Shown here piece by piece: positions 9,069 to 16,643 of a stretch of DNA of 32,000 nucleotides. Source of the stretch: Xanthomonas campestris pv. campestris str. ATCC 33913 (GTDB lineage: Bacteria; Pseudomonadota; Gammaproteobacteria; Xanthomonadales; Xanthomonadaceae); assembly GCF_000007145.1 (NCBI RefSeq), contig NC_003902.1:1927436-1959435 (forward strand), given 5' to 3'. The translations under genes and the position numbers were made by a program. Numbering within the stretch: position 1 is the stretch's first letter; each line of letters starts with the position of its first letter. Under the pieces are notes generated by a model. That model did no database searches. It saw only the letters and a program-made list of their open reading frames with translations, and was not told the DNA's origin.

Positions 9069-9823
9069 GCGGTGCGCTCGGTCAAGACGATGCGGCGTGC
9101 CCAGTCCTTGCCGCTTTCCAGCGCAAGCAGGTCCACCCGCACGCGGCCGAACAGGCTGGCCACGTAATACAGCTTGGTCGCCACCAGCATCAGCAGCAGC
9201 GGCCACAGCATGTCCGCGCCCATCTTGGAGGGGCCGAGCAGGCGCACCGTGGAGCCCTGGTGCAGCGTGTTCCACCACACCACCGAGTAATGCACGATCG
9301 GCAGGTTCACCAGGCCGACCAGCGCCAACAGCCCGGCCGCACGCATCGCCTGGCGGCGGTCTTCCACCGCGTGGTACAGGCCCAGCACGCCCAGGTACAG
9401 AAACAGCAGCAACAGTTCGGAGGTGAGCCGGGCATCCCAGGTCCACCAGGTGCCCCACATCGGCTTGCCCCAAAGCGAGCCGGTGCACAGGGTGATCAAG
9501 GTGAAGGCGGCGCCGATCGGTGCCGAGGCCATGGTCACCACTTCGGCCAGCTTGATCCGCCAGATCAGCGCAATGAACGCCGACACGCCCATCGCCGCGT
9601 AGATGAAAAGGCTCATCCAGGCGCTGGGCACGTGGATGAAAATGATGCGGTAGGCGTCGTGCTGCTGGTAATCCGGCGGCGCCAGTACCAGCCCGCCGTA
9701 GGCGGCCACCGTAGCCAGCAGCAGTGCCAGGCCCAGCGCCCACGGGCGCACCACACCGGCGAACCGGTAGAAGGTGGGCGGCGAGCTGAGCTTGTGCAGC
9801 CACAGGGGAATCCACTTGGCCAT
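9065..9823 (-). CDS. ccmC: heme exporter protein CcmC
   Basis: '[19 protein letters not shown]' (WWD motif) in a polytopic protein of about 6 TM helices. Confidence 0.95.
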   Translation of the reverse strand: MAKWIPLWLHKLSSPPTFYRFAGVVRPWALGLALLLATVAAYGGLVLAPPDYQQHDAYRIIFIHVPSAWMSLFIYAAMGVSAFIALIWRIKLAEVVTMASAPIGAAFTLITLCTGSLWGKPMWGTWWTWDARLTSELLLLFLYLGVLGLYHAVEDRRQAMRAAGLLALVGLVNLPIVHYSVVWWNTLHQGSTVRLLGPSKMGADMLWPLLLMLVATKLYYVASLFGRVRVDLLALESGKDWARRIVLTERTA

Positions 9824-9831
9824 GCGCGTCG

Positions 9832-11148
9832 TCAGTTGGAGTGTTTGGAAAGCGCCAGCGCGTCGACCGCGGCGCCGGCGTTGACCTGCAACTGGCCATC
9901 GGAGACCTTGCTGGTGCGCTGCATGAGCGCACGCAAGGCGTTGGCGTCCATCGATGGCGACAGCGACAACAGCAATGCGGCCATGCCGCTGACATGCGCG
10001 GTGGCCATCGACGAGCCGGAGGTGAAGTCGTAACGGCCGTTCGGCTGCGTGGTCAGGATGTCCTTGCCCGGTGCGCTGAGCACGCCGGGCAGGGCGGCCG
10101 TGGCGCTGCTGCTGCGCACTACCAGCACGCCCGGTACATCGTTCGGAAAGCCATCCAGGCGCCCGTTCGGCGGCATGGCTGCGACCACGATGCGGCCATG
10201 GTCGACCAGGTGGGTGAGCATCTTGCGCAGCAGCGGGTCGGCGGGGCCGCCCAGGCTCAAATTGACCACGCGCGCGGAGCTGTTGTTGATCGCCGCCAGC
10301 GCCTTGGCCAGGGTGAACGAATTACAGCGGGCGGTGCTGCCGGTGCTGGGCGCATACCAGCAGGCCTTGTAGATGCTCAGCATGGCCCGCGGCGCCATGC
10401 CGACGATGCCCTGATGGTTGTTGCTGCCGGCGGCGATGATGCCGGCCACTTCGGTGCCGTGCGAATCGCTGCTGGTGGTGACCGGGGTGTCGTCCACCAG
10501 GTCGTGCACCTCGCGGATGCGTGACTTCAGATCCGGGTGGCTGGTGTCCACGCCGGTGTCGACCACGGCCACCGTCACGCCGCGGCCCTGGGTGACGGCC
10601 TGCGCACTTGCCGCATTGGTGGCGATGAAGCCGCGTTGCAGGTCCACGTACGGGTCGTTGTAGCCGGTCAGGGCGCCGGTCTTTTCCGAGGCATCGGTGG
10701 AAAACACCGAAAATTCCTGTACTGGTTGCACCAGCTCCACGCCGTCGTCGTCGGACAGCGCCTTGATCAATTCGTCGCGCGAGACACCGGCCGGCGGGTG
10801 CAGCACCGCGCAATACAGGCCCAGCGAGGTGATCGGCCAGGCCGAGACTTCGCGCAACTGGTAGCGCTGCTTCAGCGCTTCCATGCGGGCGGCCGCATGC
10901 TGGCCGGCGCCGTAGTAACTGGAGGCATACCCGATCAGGCTGGAGCCGGCGCGTGCCGGCGGCGCGGTGAGTGGGTTGGCCACCGCCAGCAGAATGTCGC
11001 GGCTGCTGTCGGGCACCTTTGCGTCGGCGTCCGCTTTCTCTGCCTCGGCAGCCGCGGCGATGGCCTGCGGATCGGCCGCCTGCGCGCACACGGGGGCGGT
11101 GAGGCTCAGCAGCGCCGCCAGCAGACCGATGGCCCAGGGCGTGGTCAT
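9832..11148 (-). CDS. secreted subtilisin-like (S8) serine protease with propeptide
   Basis: Signal peptide 'LLAALLSLTAPVCAQA'. Triad blocks 'VAVVDTGVDTSHPDL' (Asp), 'HGTEVAGIIAA' (His) and 'GSSMATAHVSGMAALLLS' (Ser). An ATGA overlap links it to the anti-sigma stop. Its stop is 8 nt from the ccmC start. Confidence 0.9.
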   Translation of the reverse strand: MTTPWAIGLLAALLSLTAPVCAQAADPQAIAAAAEAEKADADAKVPDSSRDILLAVANPLTAPPARAGSSLIGYASSYYGAGQHAAARMEALKQRYQLREVSAWPITSLGLYCAVLHPPAGVSRDELIKALSDDDGVELVQPVQEFSVFSTDASEKTGALTGYNDPYVDLQRGFIATNAASAQAVTQGRGVTVAVVDTGVDTSHPDLKSRIREVHDLVDDTPVTTSSDSHGTEVAGIIAAGSNNHQGIVGMAPRAMLSIYKACWYAPSTGSTARCNSFTLAKALAAINNSSARVVNLSLGGPADPLLRKMLTHLVDHGRIVVAAMPPNGRLDGFPNDVPGVLVVRSSSATAALPGVLSAPGKDILTTQPNGRYDFTSGSSMATAHVSGMAALLLSLSPSMDANALRALMQRTSKVSDGQLQVNAGAAVDALALSKHSN

Positions 11149-11798
11149 GGCGCGGACACGATCTCGGCCAGCCGGATGCCCGGGGTGGCGCGCAGCTGCT
11201 GCACGGTCTGTTGCGATGGCGCCGGCGGCTGTGCGGCCGGTACCACGGTGTAGGCGCCCATTTCGTTGGGGCCACCCACCACCTGCAACTGCTGTGCATG
11301 CAGCAGGCGATCCCAGTCGGCGACGGTCAGGCCGGCATCCGGTACCACCCGGATCGCGCCCTTCGGTACCGGCAATGCAGTGGCGCTGCTGAGCGTGCGG
11401 TAGTCGTGCACCGGCGCTGGCGCGGCCAGCTTGACGCCCATGACGCCCAGGCCGACTGCCTGCACCAGGGCGGCGGCGGCCAGCGCACGCACCGTCCAGC
11501 TACCTGAGCGGCGGGCGGGCGGTGCGCGTGCCGGGACCGGCACCTGTTCGGGCGCATCGATCTTGCCGAGCAGCCGCAGCAGGCCGGCATTGGCATCCAG
11601 CTTGACCGCGCAGGGCAGGGCCAGCGCCTGGCGCAGGCGGCTCTGCTGGGCGAACTCGGCGCTGCACGACGGGCACTTGGCCACGTGTGCGATCAGCCAG
11701 GTGTTCTCTTCTTCGCTGGCGCTGTCCAGCAGAACGGCGGGCATCAACTCCCAGGCGTGCGAGCATTCCTTGCCCGGCGCGATGAAGAACGTCTTCAT
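11145..11798 (-). CDS. membrane-bound zf-HC2 anti-sigma factor
   Basis: 'AHVAKCPSCSAEF' (HxxxCxxC), a single TM 'VRALAAAALVQAVGLGVMGV' and a periplasmic tail of about 85 aa. The start ATG 11798 overlaps the sigma factor stop. The upstream part of the track ORF (to 12107) is off-frame overlap. Confidence 0.8.
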   Translation of the reverse strand: MKTFFIAPGKECSHAWELMPAVLLDSASEEENTWLIAHVAKCPSCSAEFAQQSRLRQALALPCAVKLDANAGLLRLLGKIDAPEQVPVPARAPPARRSGSWTVRALAAAALVQAVGLGVMGVKLAAPAPVHDYRTLSSATALPVPKGAIRVVPDAGLTVADWDRLLHAQQLQVVGGPNEMGAYTVVPAAQPPAPSQQTVQQLRATPGIRLAEIVSAP

Positions 11799-12376
11799 TG
11801 CATGGTCTCCGTAGATGGCGCGCTGCCGGCCAGGCCGGGCAGCACATTGCGTAATTTGACCCGCGCATGGAACAGCCGGGCTTTGATCGTGCCCACCGGG
11901 CACTGCATGATTTCGGCGACTTCTTCCAGCTTGTGGCCGACGCCATAAACCAGTTCGATCACCAGCCGCTGGTCTGGCGACAACCGTTCCATGCCTTTGT
12001 CGAGCCAGTCGCGCAGTTCGCGGTCGTCGTTGTCGTCGGTACTGGGAGCGTGGTCTTCGACCGTGGCGGTGTCGTCGATGGCCTCGCCGTCGTGCTGGCG
12101 CAGGCACTTCAAGCCGCAGCGGTAGGCGATGCCCATGATCCAGGTCGACACCTGCGAATCGCCGCGGAAGTCGCCGGCTTTTTGCCAGGCGATCCAGAAG
12201 CAGTCGTTGATCGCTTCTTCGATGATGTCCGGGCGCCGGGTCAGGCGCGACAGGAAGCGACAGAGCCGCCCGTGATAGGCGGTGTACATGGTCGCCAGGG
12301 CGTCACGGTCGCCCGCAGCCATGCGGCGCAGCAGCATGCGGTCGGTCGCGTCACCCAGGGTATCGGTGTCAGTCAT
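11795..12376 (-). CDS. ECF (sigma-70 family group 4) RNA polymerase sigma factor
   Basis: Region 2 'IIEEAINDCFWIAWQKAGDFRGDSQVSTWIMGIAYR'. Region 4 HTH 'LSPDQRLVIELVYGVGHKLEEVAEIMQCPVGTIKARLFHARVKLR'. Confidence 0.9.
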   Translation of the reverse strand: MTDTDTLGDATDRMLLRRMAAGDRDALATMYTAYHGRLCRFLSRLTRRPDIIEEAINDCFWIAWQKAGDFRGDSQVSTWIMGIAYRCGLKCLRQHDGEAIDDTATVEDHAPSTDDNDDRELRDWLDKGMERLSPDQRLVIELVYGVGHKLEEVAEIMQCPVGTIKARLFHARVKLRNVLPGLAGSAPSTETMQ

Positions 12377-12438
12377 CGAAGAGGCGCTGCAAAGGTTATC
12401 GGTCAGTGCCCATCACCGGGCAAAAGGTTGCGTCTGGA

Positions 12439-13206
12439 TCAGAACGACTTGGAGACGCTGCTCAGCCAGGGGGTTTCGCCCGGTCCGCCCTGCATGCGCG
12501 GGGTGTTGTTGCTGGTGATCACGCGCTCCAGCTTCAACGCCCAGCCGGCACGGCTCCAGCACAGCCCCACCTGTCCGTATTGATAGCGGCCGGCTTCGCT
12601 GGCGCCGTAGGCCATTGCCGGAAATCGCGACGACCCCGCGCCCAGCACCAGGCTGACATCGTGACGCAGCGGCACATTGGCGGTGACGTCGACCGCCACA
12701 TTCCACGGTGACTGGTCGGCGCGCGGGAAGTTGAAGACCGAGACCGAAAAGGTGAGCACATCGCGGTAGGACCAGGCCAGGCTGCCTTCCTGACGGTCGA
12801 AGGTGCGCGTGGCCTGGTTGGTCGGGTAGCCGTAATACAGCGCGCTGGCCTGCATCTGCCAGCGATCGCCCAGCATCCAGGCACGCCCGATCTGGGCGGC
12901 GACCGCCACCGGGTCGCTCAATGACGGCGCCTGCAGCGCGCCGGACACCGAGACCGACCACCCGGGTGAGGGCAGCCAATAGCCGGCCATCTGCAGGGTG
13001 GCCTTGTCGGGCGCGATGGAGATGCCGCGGTCGATCAGGCTGGAGGAGAGCGAAACAGCGCCGCCGACGTTGTCAGCCAGTGCGTGGCTACACGGCCCCA
13101 GCGTGAGCGCCAGGGCGAGCCATAGGCCGTTGGCAGGCCCCGGGTGGCCTGCGTTTCGAAAGGAGGCCGAAGCGCCGCGGCGCAGGCGGGCAGGGGGGGT
13201 CAGCAT
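12439..13206 (-). CDS. small outer-membrane beta-barrel protein, Gcw_chp/TIGR02001-like
   Basis: Signal peptide '..LWLALALTLGPCSHALA/DN'. 'VSLSSSLIDRGISIAPDKATLQMAGYW' resembles the family's N-terminal block. The sequence alternates between hydrophobic and polar residues, and it ends in 'LSSVSKSF' (terminal Phe beta-signal). The family call is from memory. Confidence 0.6.
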   Translation of the reverse strand: MLTPPARLRRGASASFRNAGHPGPANGLWLALALTLGPCSHALADNVGGAVSLSSSLIDRGISIAPDKATLQMAGYWLPSPGWSVSVSGALQAPSLSDPVAVAAQIGRAWMLGDRWQMQASALYYGYPTNQATRTFDRQEGSLAWSYRDVLTFSVSVFNFPRADQSPWNVAVDVTANVPLRHDVSLVLGAGSSRFPAMAYGASEAGRYQYGQVGLCWSRAGWALKLERVITSNNTPRMQGGPGETPWLSSVSKSF

Positions 13207-13423
13207 GGCCCATAGCTGCCCGCTGCCATGCTCAAATGGGCATAGCAGGGCGGGCGATCGGCGCTGGCGATGAAGGCGTGCGGCAACGGTAGGTGTCTAC
13301 GGTGAACGGTGGGCGATACTGCCCGGTCGGGCCAGGTGCAGCCGCGTCGGCAACAGCGGTTCCGTTCGTATACGCGAACAAATCACCGCCGACAACGCGG
13401 CTGGCCCAGGGCAGTCAGGCGCC

Positions 13424-13449
13424 GTGCACCGCGCCTGACCGTACGCTGC
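13424..13449 (-). terminator. perfect 9-bp hairpin just downstream of the cytochrome c gene
   Basis: GTCAGGCGC (13424-13432) pairs with GCGCCTGAC (13441-13449) around an 8-nt loop. It starts 15 nt beyond the minus-strand stop at 13465. There is no U-tract. Confidence 0.4.
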
Positions 13450-13464
13450 CGGTCATGCCCAGCC

Positions 13465-13860
13465 TCATTTGAGGCTGTTGAGATAGACGATGAGTGCGTC
13501 CAACTCCTTGGGATCATCCAGGCCTTCGTACTTCATCTTGGTGCCGGGCAGCGCCTTGGACGAAGACTGCGACAGGTAGGTCTTCAGCTGTGCCGGCGTC
13601 CACTGCCACTTGCTGTTCTTGAGCGCGTCGGAGTAGTTGCTGTAGTCCGGCAGGCTGGCCGCCTGGCGGTTGCCAATGCCGAACATGGACGGGCCTTTCT
13701 TGTTCTTGCCTTGCGTTGCGCTGTGGCATTCGGCGCATTCGGCCATGAAGGTGTCCTTGCCCGCACCGTCGGCGGCACGCGCCGGCGGTGCCAGGGTGGC
13801 GCCGGCCAATAGCAGGCCGGCGAGCGGGGCGCACAACAGGGTCTTGTGGAATGGATGCAT
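13465..13860 (-). CDS. periplasmic class I (c2/mitochondrial-type) monoheme cytochrome c
   Basis: Signal peptide, 'FMAECAECHS' (CXXCH), 'KKGPSMFGIGNRQA', 'PGTKMKYEGL' (Met ligand region) and a C-terminal 'LIVYLNSLK'. Confidence 0.9.
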   Translation of the reverse strand: MHPFHKTLLCAPLAGLLLAGATLAPPARAADGAGKDTFMAECAECHSATQGKNKKGPSMFGIGNRQAASLPDYSNYSDALKNSKWQWTPAQLKTYLSQSSSKALPGTKMKYEGLDDPKELDALIVYLNSLK

Positions 13861-13893
13861 GGGGGTCCGTCGGAATACGTGCAGCGATGGGGA

Positions 13894-15240
13894 TCAGAAC
13901 GCCAGGTTCACCGACAGCGAGAAGCTGTCCAGATCGCGCGGGTTGGTGATCGGGGGGCCACGGAACACGTTGGAGGTGCTGCCGTTGAACTTGTCGAAGC
14001 GGAACCAGCCGGCCGATACGCGCAGGTTGGCGTTGGTGGTGTAAGTGCCTTCGCGGCCGAACGGGCTCCAATACACCAGGATCAGATTGCTGGTTGTGTC
14101 GGGAATGCCGACCGGCGAATAACGCGCCGCATCGAAGGAGCCGGTATTGATCATGTGCGCGGCCAGCACGCCGTAGGTCTGCTTGAACGCGTAGTTCATG
14201 CTGAGGGTCTGGTCACGCACGCTGCCGCGATCCAGCGGGCCCATGCTTGGGTCCGAGGACACCAGCGGGCTGCCGTACTTGCGGCGCTCGTAGATGTTGA
14301 CGTAGGCCAGCGACATGGTGTGTTCGCGGGTGCCGAGGAACTGATAGGTCAGGTCGTAACCCAGGTCGGTGAGGTCGTCGCTGGGCCCGTTGCGCGGCCG
14401 CTGGCGGCGCGTGTTCAACGCGGTCATGCCGATCGAGAAGAACTGCCGCTTCATGTCCTTCATGTAGGCCACGCGTGCGTAGCTGGTGTCGCTGAGCCTG
14501 CCGGGGTCGCCGTTGATCGGCCAGCCCAGGCGGTCCTGCGTGTCGGTGGAAAGCGCCTTGTAGGTGCCCACTTCGCCGTACCAGTTGCGGTCGTACAGCC
14601 CGTAAACGCTGGCGCCGATCACGCGGTTGGACAGCGCCGAGGAGCTGAGCATCGTGGAGGCGCCGCCATTGGAGGCCGGTGTCAGCGTCGAGGCATTCGG
14701 CAGCACGTGGATCGGGTCGGAAATGCCGGGGTTGTTATTGACGCTGACGCCGAGCATCGCGTCCTTGCCCGCCATCTGGAACGGCTTGCTGACAAAGCGC
14801 AGATCCACATCGTCCAGGCGCGTGTCGAAGGTGGCGTTGCCGCTGTTGTTGGAGCGGATCTTCGAATAACCGCCGATATTGTCGTTGACCCGGCCGGCCA
14901 GATACAGATCGGCCTGGGTGAGACGCGCGGTGCTGTCGCCGCGGCTGGGATTGGTGCGGGCCCAGGTGAGCTGGCCGGACGCCGGGATCTTGGTGCCGTT
15001 GCCGTCGGTGTCGGTGAAGCCGCCCAGCTTGAAGCGCATGCCGTAGGGCGTGAGCGAGGGACCGTAGGAGCCGATGTGGCAGTCTGCGCACGACGAACCG
15101 GTTTGCCGCGCGAACGAGGGAATGGCCTGGGCCTGGGTGCTGGCAAGCAGCAGCAACGGGCCGGACACGCACAACATGGAGGTCAGCGACGCCGTGCGTG
15201 CGGCATGGGTGCGGCGGGGAGCGGGCAGTGTGGAAGGCAT
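13894..15240 (-). CDS. outer-membrane protein with an N-terminal CXXCH heme motif fused to a beta-barrel (Cyc2-like fused cytochrome-porin architecture)
   Basis: Signal peptide 'SMLCVSGPLLLLASTQAQA/IP', then 'SFARQTGSSCADCHIGSYGPSLTPYGMRFKLGGF'. About 400 aa of alternating beta-strand-like sequence follow, ending in 'SFSLSVNLAF'. I set the start at ATG 15240 because AAGGA lies 7 nt upstream. The track start is 15300. Confidence 0.65.
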   Translation of the reverse strand: MPSTLPAPRRTHAARTASLTSMLCVSGPLLLLASTQAQAIPSFARQTGSSCADCHIGSYGPSLTPYGMRFKLGGFTDTDGNGTKIPASGQLTWARTNPSRGDSTARLTQADLYLAGRVNDNIGGYSKIRSNNSGNATFDTRLDDVDLRFVSKPFQMAGKDAMLGVSVNNNPGISDPIHVLPNASTLTPASNGGASTMLSSSALSNRVIGASVYGLYDRNWYGEVGTYKALSTDTQDRLGWPINGDPGRLSDTSYARVAYMKDMKRQFFSIGMTALNTRRQRPRNGPSDDLTDLGYDLTYQFLGTREHTMSLAYVNIYERRKYGSPLVSSDPSMGPLDRGSVRDQTLSMNYAFKQTYGVLAAHMINTGSFDAARYSPVGIPDTTSNLILVYWSPFGREGTYTTNANLRVSAGWFRFDKFNGSTSNVFRGPPITNPRDLDSFSLSVNLAF

Positions 15241-15296
15241 GGGAAGTCCTTGTTCGGCGGTGCGGGAGCGGGCGAGGGCGGGCAGCAGGAAGCGGG

Positions 15297-15917
15297 TCAT
15301 CGGTGATGTTTGCCGGGCAGCACGCGATGCAGCAGGCCATCGCGCAACACCAGGTGGTGCACGAGTGCGGCAACGATATGCACCGCGACTAATGCGAGCA
15401 GTGCCCAGGCCGCATTCAAGTGCCAGGTGCCGAGGGTGTCGGCCAGGTCCTCATCCGCAGCGACCAGGTTTGGCAGCGTTATCCCGAACAGATAGACCGT
15501 TTTGCCGTAAGCGTTGCTCAGCGACCAGCCGATCAGCGGCAGCGCAAGCATCAGCGCGTACATCGCCACATGCGTGCCACCGGCAGCCAGGCGCATGATC
15601 AGCGGCGAGGGCGGGCCGGGCGGCAAGGCGCGCAAGCGCAGACGCAGGCTGACGCGTAAGACGAAGAGCAGCAGCACCATCAGGCCGAAGTGGCGGTGGC
15701 CTTCCAGCAACCACTGCCGCAGGGCGCGGCCCTCCAGTTCGGCGCGCAGCAGGATCAGGCTGGCGGCCATCACCAGGCACAGCACCGTCAGCCAGTGCAG
15801 GACACGCATGGAGCGGGGCAGGGGAACCACGCCCGGCGCGGTGGTCGCCGACGGCGGCGGCAGTGCGTCGGCGCCGTTACTGGCGGACATGTCAGGGGCA
15901 TGCCGGGGGGCATTCAT
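15297..15917 (-). CDS. cytochrome b561 family inner-membrane protein
   Basis: 'VLHWLTVLCLVMAASL', 'GHRHFGLMVLLLFVLR', 'THVAMYALMLALPLIGW' and 'LGTWHLNAAWALLALVAVHIVAALVHH' form four TM helices with the conserved His ligands. ATG 15917 is preceded by AAGAGGA. ATG 15809 is an alternative start, and the track extension to 16088 is unsupported. Confidence 0.8.
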   Translation of the reverse strand: MNAPRHAPDMSASNGADALPPPSATTAPGVVPLPRSMRVLHWLTVLCLVMAASLILLRAELEGRALRQWLLEGHRHFGLMVLLLFVLRVSLRLRLRALPPGPPSPLIMRLAAGGTHVAMYALMLALPLIGWSLSNAYGKTVYLFGITLPNLVAADEDLADTLGTWHLNAAWALLALVAVHIVAALVHHLVLRDGLLHRVLPGKHHR

Positions 15918-16030
15918 CGGGTTGGGGTCCTCTTCGGAGGTGGTCGTTGGATCCGGTAATGCGATGCGTCGCCGGGCCTGCGCTCCCCACGCCGGCCATG
16001 ACAGCCAGGTGAACGTGCACGGATATGTGC

Positions 16031-16058
16031 GGCGATGCCGACGAAAGGTTGCATCGCC
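16031..16058. promoter_or_regulatory. 8-bp inverted repeat in the divergent b561/fdtA intergenic region
   Basis: GGCGATGC (16031-16038) pairs with GCATCGCC (16051-16058) around a 12-nt loop. One further C:G pair (16030/16059) extends the stem. Function unknown. Confidence 0.2.
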
Positions 16059-16088
16059 GTGAAATCGCACCGCCGGTGCGTCGTGCAT

Positions 16089-16141
16089 GGGCGTGTGCGC
16101 AATGAGATGGGCGTGCCTGTCTGGCGTGTGCGCATGGCGTG
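16089..16141. repeat. cluster of short direct repeats upstream of fdtA
   Basis: GGCGTGTGCGCA occurs at 16090-16101 and again at 16123-16134, 33 bp apart. Related (A)TGG(G)CGTG copies lie at about 16107-16115 and 16134-16141. The cluster ends about 80 bp upstream of ATG 16221. Confidence 0.25.
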
Positions 16142-16220
16142 ACGGGCCGCAACCTTTCGCACATCCGGACGCACTCAGGCATGTCGCACTACGTGCAGTC
16201 AGCGGTTACGCCCCCGGAAC

Positions 16221-16643
16221 ATGGCCATCGAACGCATCCAGTTGCATACGCACGGCGACGACCGCGGGCTGCTCATTTCATTGGAGCAGCAGCGCAACGT
16301 CCCGTTCGAGATCCGTCGCGTGTACTACATCTTCGGTACGCGCCAGGGCGTGCATCGCGGCCAGCATGCGCACCGCCAGCTCAACCAATTGGCAGTTGCC
16401 CTGCATGGGTCGGTGACGCTGCTGCTGGATGAAGGCCAGGGCCAGGGCCCGGAAGAAGTGGTGCTGGACGACCCGTCGCAGGGCGTACTGCTCGGGCGCA
16501 TGGTGTGGCGCGACCTGCACCAGTTCAGCGAGGACTGCGTGTTGATGGTGCTGGCCGACCAGTACTACGACCCGGGCGACTACATCCTGGACTACGACGA
16601 ATTCCTCACCGAAGCCCGCGGCGTCAGCCGGCTGGAGGCATGA
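16221..16643 (+). CDS. fdtA: dTDP-4-keto-6-deoxyhexose 3,4-ketoisomerase, FdtA/QdtA (WxcM C-terminal domain-like cupin)
   Basis: 'GDDRGLLISLEQQRNVPFEIRRVYYIFG..GVHRGQHAHRQL.Q..VALHGS..LLLDEG......VVLDDPSQGVLLGRMVWRDLHQFSEDCVLMVLADQYYDPGDYI.DYDEF' aligns closely with my recollection of FdtA. I cannot tell FdtA from QdtA stereochemistry by eye. Confidence 0.8.
   Translation: MAIERIQLHTHGDDRGLLISLEQQRNVPFEIRRVYYIFGTRQGVHRGQHAHRQLNQLAVALHGSVTLLLDEGQGQGPEEVVLDDPSQGVLLGRMVWRDLHQFSEDCVLMVLADQYYDPGDYILDYDEFLTEARGVSRLEA

Noticed and set aside
8865-9995. A 376-aa minus-strand ORF spanning ccmC and the end of the protease gene.
   Set aside because: Only its last 67 codons (8865-9068) form a credible protein, CcmD. 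The rest is an off-frame overlap of ccmC, whose own frame carries the WWD motif.
12377-12438. A possible sigma-70-like promoter (TTGCCC-N17-GATAAC on the minus strand) upstream of the ECF sigma gene, along with a search for an ECF autoregulatory GGAAC..CGT-type promoter.
   Set aside because: The match to consensus is weak (4/6 plus 4/6). I found no clear ECF-type motif. Promoter calls by eye in 68% GC DNA are unreliable, so I did not report it as a feature.
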